The notes beneath the pieces were generated by a model. It was not told the DNA's origin. It made no database searches and was given only the letters and a program-made list of their open reading frames with translations. DNA of 57,341 bases, counting the filler, from Basidiobolus meristosporus CBS 931.73 (lineage: Eukaryota > Fungi > Basidiobolomycota): NCBI GenBank assembly GCA_002104905.1. It is 3 parts of 3 records of this genome, joined end to end, with 100 filler letters (N's around TTAATTAATTAA, not from the genome) between each part and the next. Parts side by side here need not be neighbours in the genome. Positions count along the whole stretch, not along the records: positions 1 to 26,455 come from MCFE01000916.1; 2 more parts are not named here. One strand, given 5' to 3'. Shown one piece after another: positions 1 through 12,660 of this stretch. How positions within the stretch are numbered: the stretch's first letter is position 1; every line of letters starts with the position of its first letter. Both the position numbers and the translations under genes were made by a program.

Positions 1-83
1 GGGAGTTATTTAGAATATCAGTAAAAACTAATAAAACCTAACTTTCCGAAAACAATCAAAAGGTGCGGTATAATGGGGAGAAC

Positions 84-450
84 TTGAGGGGGGTAAATTC
101 CCTTAGCCACATAGCTCTTATTCTTTAATTAGCATTCTGTCCTGACCAAATTTGTTGTCGGGATTTACTTGGAATATTTTCACCAAATTATCAGATACCT
201 GGATTATGATCTTTCTCAAAGTTGTCTAAAAGCCCCCAAACTTTGCACACATACTCTTGGGATCTTCCTTAACAAACTCTACATGTTTGTTTGCTCTACT
301 TTATCAAAAGTATAAACACCACACTTTTGCACAATGAATCTACAAGAGAATAACATGTAAATCCTCTAGCTCTCCACATCACTTCCCATACTCCTTAAAA
401 TATTGCAGCACTAATCACCTTCAAGATTTTTACAGCTCTAGCAATTGATA
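84..450 (+). mobile_element. Degenerate Ty1/copia-type PPT plus LTR remnant
   Basis: TTGAGGGGGG purine tract at ~84-92; the reverse complement of ~145-270 resembles 48590-48715, inside the copia LTR of contig 3. Boundaries uncertain. Confidence 0.3.
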
Positions 451-3400
451 ATGAGGAGTATTACAACACATTGATGATTTTGGGTAGATACATTGAGCTA
501 GTTCCACTTAAAGCTTTGGTAGTAACCTGTCTGCCTTTTAGTGTTAAATAAGTATAGGTACTACTATTTACTACTTGACACAACTCACAGACTTTTGCAT
601 ATACAATACCAGGTAAAGTATACAACCCAGCTGCCATATTCTTATGCTCATACAACCAACATCTCCCTTGGATAAACCCCATACTTATAGCTCATTTGAG
701 AATCTACCAGTAGTCTACTGGTATTGTAGTAGTATTTTACTGGCATTCAGCTGGTGTTTTTCCTTCATACTTTTGATTACCAATATATGTGAAAGTAGTA
801 AGTAATTAATGATCAAATCCTGTAATAGTGTTCATCAGTATTGCCTCCTCCATGAAACTATGTCTTCTTGTCAGCCTAATAGCTAGAACTTAGGATATCA
901 AGAGCTGTAAGCTTAAAGAAACTTATAGTTTGGCTGATATTGTGATCTTCTACTGGCCTCTAGTTAACTTTTTTACCTGACAATTTTAAATCATACTTGG
1001 GGTGGATCTCAATCAAGGAGCTCAAATAATCCCAATTTTGAAGTCTTAGATAAGGATTACTACTTGCTATCTGTATAGTTCTTGTTGGCTTCCTATTAAG
1101 CACTCAAAAATCTGTCAAAAGCAGCTAGTGTTGAGTTAATACATGTTGAATCTCTGGAAATTAAACAGTGTCAATGATTTACAATGCAAAGTCCTCTATG
1201 TCAAGCATAAGCTTTTGATGAGCTTCCCTGACATAATCCAATGATCTTGGCACAAATACTTACACAGAGTATGCTGCCTCATCTGCAAGCCCAAAGCATA
1301 CATTCATCAAATTACACCAATCCACCTCTTAGTCCAAACCCTAAATTGCATATTTCAAAAAATGTTGAAAATATCAATCTCATGCCTTGATTGTATTTTG
1401 GTAACACAGGTCTGTAGATTATATATACCCAAAACTGCAACTTATAGAAATTGTGGTGGATGTATTAGTTAGTAGATGTTGCCCATGCCTATCCACCCAG
1501 CAATTGAGTGCCACCTCTAAGCCCCCATGCATAAGGTCCCTAGTGACACCAAATTGAGAGATACTTATAGAAGGTATATGAGTAGATTCCTTGAAAATAT
1601 GGGCACACAAAAAATGGCAAGATTTGGCTTTACCAAGCACTTCCAAAACACAACCCAAGTCCACCAGCCAGTTGCAAAATACCCACCAATTCACTTGTAA
1701 GGTCCCACTGTCACTTGCTTTACCACTTGAAAAAGAGTGTTAACAAAAATGCTGATTAATTGGAGTTTATAGTATGTTTCAAGGTTGGCATTCATGCTCG
1801 AGTCTCTCTCAGCCATACAATTCCAGGATCATCCTAAATGTAGCATCAGGTGAATTCCCAATCAATATCTTGAGCATACCATTGCATAACCTACCACAGA
1901 GTGTTCTACGAAACGCCATCAGACCCATAAATACCCGCCTGTATGTCGATGGATCAACATGTGGATGTTCCACCTTAAATAACCGCAACCGCTTCATCCT
2001 CAAAACCTAGGACCACTTGAAGCATCACGTGATATACCGGATATCAGATGCCCGGTATAGCTTTTCGGGGTCAGATTATGAATCCCTGACGTAGGTGAAC
2101 CATGGAACCTATTGTTGGTGGCACCCATACGCCAAACATCCAAGTGGTGCTGAGAAACAAACCCTAGTACTTGAACAGGGTTGTGAGTTGATGGCTGTAT
2201 AAGAGTAATAGATTGATGGTAATCACGAAAAGCCCACAGCAGAAGTGGTGGTGCATTGCATTGCATCGCCAGAGGATAAGGTTAAAATACTTGGCGAGGA
2301 GGTCAGGGTAACATCGCCGTAATTAAATGTTGATGCAGTAGAATGTGAGATAACAATAGGGAGAAGTGCCCGGATAATCGCCCGGATTATGGTCTCGAAA
2401 ATGGATTTGATGGGATTTGTTTATCTTCACTTACAACATTGTTCAGAATGGGGAACGATGCCAAAAGTATCCAATGAATGGCTTGGAGGACAAGATGAGA
2501 TGAAACAGTCGCTGGTAATCATTGGCCGATGAATCACTGGCAAGCTTAATTTGGTATCCACTTGATATTGTCACGGTAGACAAACCGTAATATAAATATA
2601 TATACATGCATGTGACTGAGCGTATCTCAGATTTCACGAAGCAAATTTTCTGCTCATTGAATCCACGACATACCCGTTTGCCTCAAACCCAATGAGGATC
2701 CTTGGAAGAATGGATATCAAGGTTGGTGTACGACCGGATTTGATGAGGTAAACATCCTGTGCCTTTGTCCCTAGTACAGCCCAAAGAATTTGATAGGTTT
2801 CGGGCAGGTTTGGGTATTAGTCCTTCAAAAGGCTGAAGTAAGGTCTGTTCTGGGTTTGAATTAAGAATACTTGTGGTGATTGACTGTGGACAAGATATGG
2901 TCTACACCTTCAAAGTGAAGTCGAAAGAGTCTAGATGCTTTTTGCTTATTTCACCCCCCCAGTGCTGTCATGCAGTTCCTGGATCAAATGGGCAATTATC
3001 TAGAAGTGATGGTTAAATATAGGCTTAGCCATTAGCAACGTTATTAAAAATCAGATAAACGACCTGGCTTGTAAGACATACCATCTATGTGTACCCTCCA
3101 CTCATTCTTACCGCTCTCAATGTGGAAAATACTCCTTCTGATTGCAAATGCTCGAACAACCCCATTTTATCCAACCCTATGTTCACCTCTATTTTCGCAG
3201 CCGGTTCAGATGGGAACTGACTGACCGATATTACCTGGCCTAGTGAAATGTCGCACAACATTAGCCCACTCTGAGCACTGGGTACTAGAACTTATAAAGC
3301 TTTGACCGCGACCACTCAAAGCAGAAACGTGATACAGCTATTGAGGGAAGGAGACCTATATAACCTAACTTGGTATAGCAATCCTAGATGCATCCTTCCT

Positions 3401-4397
3401 ATCTAAGCAACCGCACCACTCTATCGACAGATCCAATCACCTAGCATTCGAGTGATTCACCTTGGGATCCAGTGGCTAGGAAATTAAGGTTCCTATCCGT
3501 GCTAATCCCAAAATAGCGAGAAGCAGTTTTGTCATGTGCGAGGTGGTAGGGATCCGGGTTCAACCTCTCTTCAATTCCAGTCATTTCGGCCGTGGTAGAT
3601 CGTGTTAGCCAATAGTATGGACGAAAATAACATACCTGATGACTAATCAGGTGTGTGACTAAGACTAGCCGCAATGCTCCAAGATTATCATGGCCAAACG
3701 GGTGCTAATGCTCATGGAATCAGCGTCCAAAGTGTTGCCTATGGTGAGGGGGGCTGCATATTCAGCTGTTCATACCCCTTAACCTTGGAAATGTAACCCA
3801 TGCACAAATTTCCCAATCCAGTCTCTTGCCAAGAGCCAGGTGAGCATGAGGTGTCTGGTGTCGGTCGGATATTCTCTCTGCAAGCTTGTTCACGCTCTGT
3901 CAGACGCAATACGGGCTGAGCTTGCGGTATTCGAGGTTGCATTCGGCTGAATGGAGGGATTGAGGGCTGCGTAAACGTAGAATTGGTTGAATTTGGGGAA
4001 TTCGCAGAATTTACCATATTTGTTGGTGACATGAAACAATCTCAGGTGAGTCAGTGAGGAGATAGTATTAGCTTGGGGGGAATTAATCTAAGTTTAGATG
4101 ACAGGATCAGTACCAAAAACCTGTAGTCGGAAAGCAAAATACGTTTAAGGGATTTAATAGATTTGGCTAACCAATCAGGGTCGCTCAACGACCGATAAGG
4201 TTGGCTTCTCCTTTTAAAAGCCGATTTCCCTGAATTTTCATCGCAGGTTGGAATTTTCCTTTTTCACTGGTGGTTACTCTCCAGTCCTTATTGTTGCCCG
4301 CACATTTGATTTTGTCCCTTTCTTGTTCAAAACCTCCTTTTGGGAATCCCATTTTGCGCCTTGCAGTCTTAGCCCTTCACCAGATATACTTAACACA

Positions 4398-5357
4398 ATG
4401 ACCACCATGGAAACCTACTATGGTGTGATTGAGAGCATTCAAGATGCCTTGCTGATCTTCGAAGCTTGTAGACTAGGTTATCTTAGGCGTGTTCAACGCC
4501 GGCTAAGCGATAAAGAAAGACAAAGTTTACGCTCCGGCTCGGTATACGTATGGGAAGAGGAGGAAGCTGGAATGAGGCGGTGGACTGATGGCCGCACCTG
4601 GTCTCCCTCTCGTGTTCATGGAAGTTTTCTTACTTATAGTGAACTGGAGGGAAAGCGTAAATCCGCAAAGTTAACCGAGTCCCCGCCCATGACTTCTATG
4701 ACCGGAAACCTGATGGATTTGGACGTGGACAGCAGCTGTCTGATCAAGCAATCACTCTCATGTACTACTGCTGATCATAGGAAGCTCCACTTGGTTGCTT
4801 ACTATCGTAAGAGCCAGTTGTCCATTGATAAAACGCCTTCCCCTTCAAAGGATCCGTTCTTTGCTCAAATAGTGATTCCGAAAGGTTTGTACCCCGACAT
4901 GACTGATGAATGGCCAGTTAGTATGACGAATCCTACTGGCAGCGACTTTGAAAAGGAGCTACAGAGAAATCTAGCTCAGCATAAGAGGAACTCCCCGTAT
5001 AGCTCTTCTACCTCGACATCACACTCTAGAGATGCACAAACAACCAGCACTTTCAGCTTAACTTCAAACATGCCGCCAGTCAGTCTCGAAATCAAGCAAG
5101 AGGAAGGGCTTTTAGACCGTAGAGCTAGCCCGGTTCTAGACAATTCCTTGTCTCTACCAAAAAATGGTAGTCCCACTCGCATCCCAAACTTACCCGAGAT
5201 CTTGCCACATCGTTTGGAGAAAGCGAGCCCCAACCAAAGTTTTAGAACATTGCCTCCGCTGGCAGTACCATATCTTGATATGCGGCTTGAGTCCGCTCTA
5301 CACAGTGAAGACCGGCGTCAATTGGCAATTTTGAGCCACTCATTCGCTCGGTTTTAG
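4398..5357 (+). CDS. pac2: Gti1/Pac2 (WOPR) family transcription factor, Pac2-like
   Basis: Canonical motifs DALLIFEACRLG, RRLSDKERQSLRSGSVYVW, AGMRRWTDGRTWSPSRVHGSFLTY and LHLVAYY, then a low-complexity S/P tail. First ATG is 4398 (alternative 4407); the 4248 start in the ORF track is a TTG. Confidence 0.92.
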   Translation: MTTMETYYGVIESIQDALLIFEACRLGYLRRVQRRLSDKERQSLRSGSVYVWEEEEAGMRRWTDGRTWSPSRVHGSFLTYSELEGKRKSAKLTESPPMTSMTGNLMDLDVDSSCLIKQSLSCTTADHRKLHLVAYYRKSQLSIDKTPSPSKDPFFAQIVIPKGLYPDMTDEWPVSMTNPTGSDFEKELQRNLAQHKRNSPYSSSTSTSHSRDAQTTSTFSLTSNMPPVSLEIKQEEGLLDRRASPVLDNSLSLPKNGSPTRIPNLPEILPHRLEKASPNQSFRTLPPLAVPYLDMRLESALHSEDRRQLAILSHSFARF

Positions 5358-6455
5358 TCATCATACTTTGCAATTGCCATTACTCTAACATTATCAATAA
5401 TTCCACCTAATCCTTACATAATTCCTGTGGTGGTAGGATCATCCACCAAGTAGTTTTGCTTGTTCATTCAAATCCACTGAGTGGCCTGGCGGTACTCAAG
5501 TGTGGTAGCCAGTGAGAGGAGTATGGATCATATGTAAGATATAGTTTCCGATCTCAGCGAATACGTTCTCGCCGGCCTTTGTCTCAGTGTTTATTGGCTT
5601 TCTCAACTGATCATCTCCATGTAAATAAATCCTACTTGAAGCGAAGTTTTCATTACTGATTCCATGCAAGCCTACGCTATCTGACCCCGAGAATCATGTG
5701 GACCATCGGAGCGTCATACCAACTTGTGTAGTTGAGCAGTGATGGAGGGGTGAGCCAAATTATCATGCGAGTGGTAAGCATAATAATTGGATTGACAACA
5801 TCGTACCAACAATTCCCATAGAGATGCCCATTATTTAGGGGGTAGGAACCACTTTGCCGCCTGGGCGCTAGATGCTTATTTCCTGGAAATGAAATCTCAT
5901 TGTGCAGACTGAGGGGTTCTGAATGTGCTTCTTCAGGCTCGGGTGATGAAAACCTGGAGGGTGTGGGGAGATAATATTTAGCCGCCAATTTTACCAATTG
6001 TAGCAAGTGCAGCAAGCGATTATTACCAGGCTATTCACGTTCAATCATTCTAGCAATCTGGAGGTCAGGGGCCGATTGGATTAGCTATTTTCAACAATAG
6101 TCAAGTCAAACCAAGCACTCCTCTGTCACAGCAATTTAAGCCACTTGTGAGCTTGGTTAGCAAGGCTTACGATAACTCCACCAATATCCCACTTGTGATT
6201 CTTCAGGATAGCTCAGATCCATTAATGCCTAATTTTTCATCGCTCACAATTCTATTTGTTTTGTTGCTGGACTTCTATGCGATCCGATTGTAACTAGTGA
6301 TGTTTGTAAAGTTAATCAATATTAATGGGGGTTTCCATAGTGCGGATGTTGAACTATTGATTACTTGGTATCATTCTGCAGCTTAAAATTTGCTTTACAA
6401 TTCTAAAGCAGTTTTGGCACATGTAAAGACTCATATGGTGACTTGTGGTTAGGGG

Positions 6456-6552
6456 GGAGTCACCTATAAGAGCTCAGTGCAGGATCTTGTGTGCTACTCT
6501 GATGCTGATTGGGGACAAAACTTAGAGGACAGTGGATCCACTACAGGATGCC
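6456..6552 (+). mobile_element. Ty1/copia RT-RNaseH junction remnant
   Basis: Translates GVTYKSSVQDLVCYSDADWGQNLEDSGSTTG, matching the copia RNase H start (YSDADW...STTG). Confidence 0.7.
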
Positions 6553-6566
6553 AGTCAAATACCACA

Positions 6567-7238
6567 GGAGATCCAGGTCTCCCTGAAGTTACAACTTGCA
6601 GAATTTGAAGTTACAGCTACTTTGACAATATTCTTAGAATCATTAGTGCTTTCTTACCAACTTCAAGATACACCTTTAAATTTACAGGATTGAAGGAATT
6701 TTAAGCAATACTGGCTTACCTAATAGTCTCAATTGCAAGTACAAGTTGAGTTGCTGGATGCAATGACAAAATATGTAGCTACATGTAAGTAGTTGCTGCA
6801 GATCTCTGAGGGTGTTATGTGACTAAAACAACATGAATGGCCTGCAGCAATAAAAAGATACAGGCTTATTTTATCTAGTGGCACCAAGCACTAGTTGGAT
6901 TGATATAACTATGCTATTAAAATAAAGTAGGTTATTACTGTTAACACAAATGTCAATTTTGCAAATGAACCTCCCTTTGAAAAGTTTCAAGCTTGGATTT
7001 TTTACCTTTATTTGATGGTATTCAGCTAGCATTCTGCTGGCAATTAGCTGGGATTCAGCCAGTGAATCACATTGAATCTTCAAATGCTTTCAATATGGGG
7101 TACAGAAGTCTAATTGCTACCCAAGTTGGCATAAGGGCAATATGACACAAGTCCTTTGGTATAACACATCCACATGTTCTCTAAGTAGCTGTAACTTCAA
7201 ACACTGAAAGTTGTAACTTTAAGGAGACTTGGATTTCA
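6567..7238. mobile_element. MITE-like element with ~50 bp imperfect terminal inverted repeats
   Basis: GATCCAGGTCTCCCTGAAGTTACAACTTGCAGAATTTGAAGTTACAGCTACT at the left matches the reverse complement of ~7185-7238; no coding capacity; TSD not identified. Confidence 0.45.
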
Positions 7239-9586
7239 TACAGTGTTCAGCTGGCATCTTGCTGGCCTTCATCAAGCACTCTACAGGAAAATGTTTTCTT
7301 CAGCAAATTGATGCACCACAAGGTATTAATGACCTAGTTATGTCATCAAATATGTGGAACAACAAAACAAGCATTTCAAAACTGTCCCTACTGTTGCATG
7401 ACAAGAGTATCCCTCCAGCTATGAACAATACTTAAGATTTGTTCCATGGTTCTGTATATCATAATTTAATCACCTTGATGGCTGTCTCCACATCAAAGAA
7501 GCACCTTAAGCCAGGGGAATATGTAGAAAGTAGCTTTACACTATAAACAAAGGTATACCCAGTACCTGGAATTATTATAACAGACACAGCAACTGAGCTG
7601 GGCTATGCACTTTGTGCAACAGCCATGCATAGTAATTGACCATAGTGGTACATTATCTTATTGCTCCTTGACATATCTTTAGCAAGCCAAACTCTACCAA
7701 ATTCCATCAGCCATTAAATAGAACTCTAGAGGAGCTACTTTGCTGTTTGAGGAGATAGAAGTATGCTGTAGAAGTGTCATTTTACTGATATCCAGCTCTT
7801 GTTGTCTTTTGTTCAGGATGGGTATATGCCATGCCTCTAGTAACAACTAATTATTGCTTTACTAAGGTACTGTAGTGCTGCATGCAGGTTTGCTTGAACT
7901 TCCAGATAGATAATTACTAACTACCAGCTACCCTATGCAAAAAAATTGATGAAGGCCTATAGTGTGAGTACTAAATGTAGCACCCACTCTTTGCCCAAGA
8001 GTTCTCCCCAGAGTCCTACCCAAAGTCCCCCAATATCCTCCCTATGATTCCCCCACACATCCTCCCTCCTACTCCTGCCCTTATCTAGTTGAAACACTTA
8101 CCATAACAAGAAGGTGTTCACATCCCTATTTTATAACACATTGTCAATTATCTAAGCCCCTCCAAGTGATATATATATATCCAATTGAACCAAGTGAGAG
8201 AACAACAAGATTTGGATGGAATAAACACAAGTCTTTATTACCTTGCTACCTTCTATTGGAAGCTATTCTGAACCAAGTGGTACTGACTTGACCTACATGC
8301 TCTCCCACTCACCAAGTACAGTCAGTAATAACCCACATTCAGAAGGCAAGCAAAATACTGTATCAAATCCAAGTCTCCTCAAAGCTTCAACTACCCACAT
8401 TTGTAGTCAAGACTACTTTTAGGATCTATGGGTGTATAATATGGAACAACTAAAGTCTAGTTAGCCCTAATCACAGCTTAGGTAGCAGTCCAATTACTAT
8501 TCCCTGAGTTGATAGCATTTGAAGATTCCATGAAACTTACCAGCTAAACTCTATCTAAATGCCAGGAGGATTCCAGCTCAATTATATCAAGTGAAAGTAA
8601 AAAACCCTAGTTTAGATTTTTATAGGTCCTAGTTAGCCAGTTTGATTTATGCCCTATGCATTTGTATATTTTGCATATAGACTTTGAGCAGTATCTGCTC
8701 ACAATAATGCCACTTCTATCTGTGGCTTGCTATGATGAGCAAATGTAAGAATCATCAGAAATTAAATTCTATAGTGTGACTGGTGATGCTTTGGAAAGAT
8801 ATTTTTCCAGTGGTGAGCATTATTCAAATGTAGCTCTGCTTTACAATGCAGCACAACTCATACCCCTACATGACCACTCTCAGTGAGTTGCTACCACAGA
8901 CAAAAAAACACCTTGAACTGGGATGGTATGACTAAAATGTAGCAATTTGACTAACATAAAACTTTTTATACTACAAATTTGGGTGCAATAAGCACTCCAG
9001 TTTTTCATCAAGAGTAAAGTACTGAACAGAGTTATGCACATTCTATACTTACTATGCCAATATGGCTTGAAATGATGAAACCCAACAACACTCATCAAAT
9101 GATATCTTTGCTAGCTAAATTCTCCTGAAGTCAGCTAGCTGGTGAATATCACGGCTTAGCAATGGCTGAGTTGTTTATAGTGGAAGGGGTCTGATGCTAG
9201 AAAAGCATAGTCTTTACAGCCAGTATACTATACCTTTCTTCCAGGATAAGAATTAGCCTTTCCACTGATAATAACAGAATAAAACCATTTTCTTCTGGCT
9301 CAGTTATACTAAATATAGGTATGCTGGCACTGTACATGAGACATAGGGGGACTTTCAGTTATCCACCTACTATATACTGTCTAGATAGGGTGATTACTCC
9401 TTTGTAGTATGATAGATGCAGCACTCATTGCCACTGCTGTGAATCAATATATATCATTTTCAACTTATTGTCCATCTATAACAATTTGTAAAGAGTTCTC
9501 ATACTGTTGTGGGTATAGGTTAAAGTTTGACTAATATCTATAATACATTTGACAACACACCACACCTGACTACTCTGGGAAGGTAC

Positions 9587-10263
9587 TGTTGTATCCAAGA
9601 GAAAAGTGTAATAAAACACTTCAATGGTTTAACTGAACCAAAGGGACAACTAAGTGTGGAATTTCAGAATTGTCAGAGAGGGGCAGAAATATTAGCAGAG
9701 TGATTCTGGTCTAATACTGGTCTTATATATAGCTGTGCTTGGCTATAAAGGCATTGCAGTTGGTCTACTATGCAAGCTAGGCTTGGTATGCTTGGAAGTG
9801 CTAGAGATGCTAAGCTTTGGAAGAAACTAGAATGGAATTGTTAAATTCTGAATTTTGCTGAGACACACACTGAACCAAAAATTCAGTAAACATTATTTAT
9901 AATTTACTAATCAAGTTGAATTTATAAGTGCCAGGAGACCAGATTCATTGAGATCTATTTGGGTGTTGTTGCATGCATAACATAAATGAAAATTGCATTA
10001 TCAATCAGTTTATGCCTTGGTAACTGCCAAGTGGTTGAGTGGATCTAAGATGACTAATCACCAGGGAAGTCTTGGCAGATAAGTTGACAATGTAATGGCC
10101 ACATTAAAGTTGATCAGGTGTGACAGCTATAAATAGACTGTGAGGTGGGATTAAGTAAGCTATACCTATGATTAGTAAATGTTTGGGTTAGGGAAAATCA
10201 GTTAGGATATTAGAATTCTTAATATAGCAAAATTGGCTAAGTGCTCAATGTTGACACAAATCA
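9587..10263 (-). mobile_element. Solo LTR, same family as 24290-24990 and 42854-43330
   Basis: TG...CA termini, 5-bp TSD GGTAC (9582-9586 and 10264-10268); reverse complement of the LTR preceding the gag at 25031. Confidence 0.8.
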
Positions 10264-10349
10264 GGTACCATATTTCTCATCTTGTTCCTAAGATGCACAA
10301 CTACTCTGTAATAACTGGAGAATACAAGTGCCCCAAGGAGAGTGGGTAT

Positions 10350-11300
10350 TGGCAGTCCAAGTGGATGGTCACCAGTAGCCACTACAATAAAATTTGACTA
10401 CCAACTTACTCTTTTCCAATTTTTATGCAAAGTTGTGTGCCCACTTAAGCATTCAGTTATTAAAATTGATTTTAATGATCAGAAAACTGTAATTGTGATC
10501 AAACAAGTATGCCATTTTGCAATCAAAATTTTAAGCATTTTCCTTTTTGAAGTGAATTTGTATAAATATAGATTGGTATTTTGATTTGATTTTTGAGTGA
10601 TATTTGGGTACCAACAAGCTGTCAGAATGTGCAAGCCGTCCTTTAGTGTACTGAGAATGTACAATATACATAATCCTGTAAAGTACAGTTGTAAGAATAC
10701 CAGACAACATATTTATTTATAGGAAGAAAATCGAGAAAATTTTTCCCTCATTTTGTGGCCACATCCCATAATATAGGAAGTGACAAAAACAAGTGTATTA
10801 TATATACTGCTCTGGACTGCAAACATTGACTATGAAATAACCAGCTACGTAAGAATAGTGCGATTCCTGTGTGCACGCTTCAAGCCCTTGCTTGAGAAAT
10901 TGTAGGTTGAGTCGTTTTGCGTCTCACTCATAACACAATAGTATACTGACTTAAACGATAATTTAACACCCAATATCGATACAATATTTTACAGTTCAAT
11001 TGAGTAAACATTGAACATCCCAAAGTATCTTCAAATGCGGTAATTGATACACAATGCTATTTGAACTTCTCTATTGTTAGTTCATCTTGCCACCAACCAA
11101 ATGTGGAGTGTCCCTAATCCTTTGGTGTCTGTCGATGTGAGGTATCGTCGTATGTCAATTTTTTTGGACTAGTATACTGTGCCAGCCATACTTTAATAGT
11201 CTGTGAGACAGTGCAAAGAATGTTTATTTGTTTTGCTTACTCAATATTCTCAGTTTAACTTTATCTGTTGGGCGCAATTGTCAGTACACTAATTGTATTG
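10350..11300 (+). repeat. Subtelomeric segmental duplication, paralog at ~33960-35190
   Basis: Collinear shared sequence, e.g. GTGGATGGTCACCAGTAGCC...TTTTATGCAAAG and CTTCAAGCCCTTGCTTGAGAAAT. Confidence 0.8.
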
Positions 11301-11765
11301 AACGTTTTGTTCAGTCTCTGCTACTGTTGCGTTCCTGCAGGCACACTTCTAACGATTGTTTGGGCTCCATCAGCATTCTGCATTCCGCTCACACATGTCC
11401 ATAGTTCTTATTTTTACTCATTTCTTCCATTATTTTGTGGAACTCACCATGATTTTCTGGAGCATACTAGTGCTAATCCTAGTATCTTTATTGCTCCGTT
11501 TACAACTGATTTATTGACCATTACATAGGAAAAGATCTAAGTACTTCGTCTTTGAGGCATCCATTGAATTTCAGTTTAATTTAGTCTGCCAAACCCAGGA
11601 TTTTGTATTTATTTATCGTAAATTTGATTGCCATTTCTTCATTAGGAAAAGACACTGATGGGTAACGACAAAACAATAGGTAAAGATACTTTACGATGCT
11701 TGCTTTGAGTGATGGCTGTACTTCAAGAACATTTGATTGGAAACTTTTTCGTAAGGTCCAAGCAC

Positions 11766-12336
11766 TGTTACGTACTTAAAGAGTAATGTCCTTTAGAGAG
11801 TACGAAAAGGGATAACGTGTATGTTATCTTGTAGATTCAATGGGGTAGTGTAAGAATATCTCTTTAAAAGGTTACGGTGGTGACTTCATAGAAATATATT
11901 CAAGCTAATATTCGTTCCTACTACGCTTTTCTGCCTATAACCCAAAAACTACTTTTTTATTTGATTGCTTGTTTGGTATTTTGTTAAAAGATAAACATGG
12001 ATCACATGAAGGATAATCTGAGACAACACCATAAGCATCTAGATAAGGGTCCAGTACTACACAAATTTAGTACTACCACGACTCGGGGAGAATAACAAAG
12101 TCGCACTGCTTTAGGATAAAATAATATGACTATCAAACATGTCAAAAGTATAAATGAACAAAGAAGTAACTTGCAATTAACAGGCCCCTTGTGGATATTT
12201 GACGAACCAGAATATAACAATTTATACCTTATTGTGAGTCTGGTGATTTGTCTTTGATTTGCTTTTCCCTGGCTACTAAGTTGTCTTTGTATGCGTTGAT
12301 ATCACTTAACATCGAGTGACTCTTTACTCTGTAACA
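11766..12336. mobile_element. Solo LTR (tRNA-adjacent family 1)
   Basis: TGTTAC...GTAACA inverted termini; absent at the empty paralogous site (27210-27228); inferred 4-bp TSD GCAC/GTAC; second copy at 36316. Confidence 0.8.
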
Positions 12337-12339
12337 GTA

Positions 12340-12649
12340 TGTTATGAATCGAGGGCAAGCGGAGGAGGACCGGAGGATGTCCAATACGAATCAGAGAGGT
12401 TATCTGAATAGTTGATGAACCGGTAAAAGGTTGATGCTTTATTGATAGTGTTCAAAGGAGTTTATATAGAGATAGCCTTGGAGGGAGAGCTTCCGATAAC
12501 GTAGGGCAAGCTTCCAAAAGGAGGGTTCAAGATGTATTAAATAACGTGTGTATCACTGAGTGCGATTGATCGTCTGTGTGGAATTCCAGGTGTTCGATCC
12601 GTAGTGTTCAAGTGATCGGTAGTGACTAGTTAGGATTTAAATCATAACA
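12340..12649 (-). repeat. 3' LTR (310 bp) of the gypsy element
   Basis: 8-bp inverted termini TGTTATGA/TCATAACA; immediately follows the PPT and pol stop codon. Confidence 0.9.
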
Positions 12650-12660
12650 TACTCCCACAC

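Noticed and set aside
1170-1700. Degenerate minus-strand coding-like segment
   Set aside because: Several stops in every frame and no motif I can identify.
4248-4397. 50-aa N-terminal extension of the Pac2-like ORF
   Set aside because: TTG start in a eukaryote; family homology begins at the ATG at 4398/4407.
6437-6464. TTAGGGGGGAGTCACC resembling a LINE A 3' junction, with a GGTGACT/AGTCACC inverted repeat
   Set aside because: The downstream sequence is in-frame copia (GVTYK...YSDADW) and lacks the hairpin and AATAAA. Probably coincidence, although a healed break cannot be excluded.
6350-10650. RIP as the cause of TE decay
   Set aside because: The paralog comparisons I could make show changes at CpG rather than Neurospora-type CpA>TpA, and long ORFs remain open. 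Methylation-deamination fits better; not quantified.
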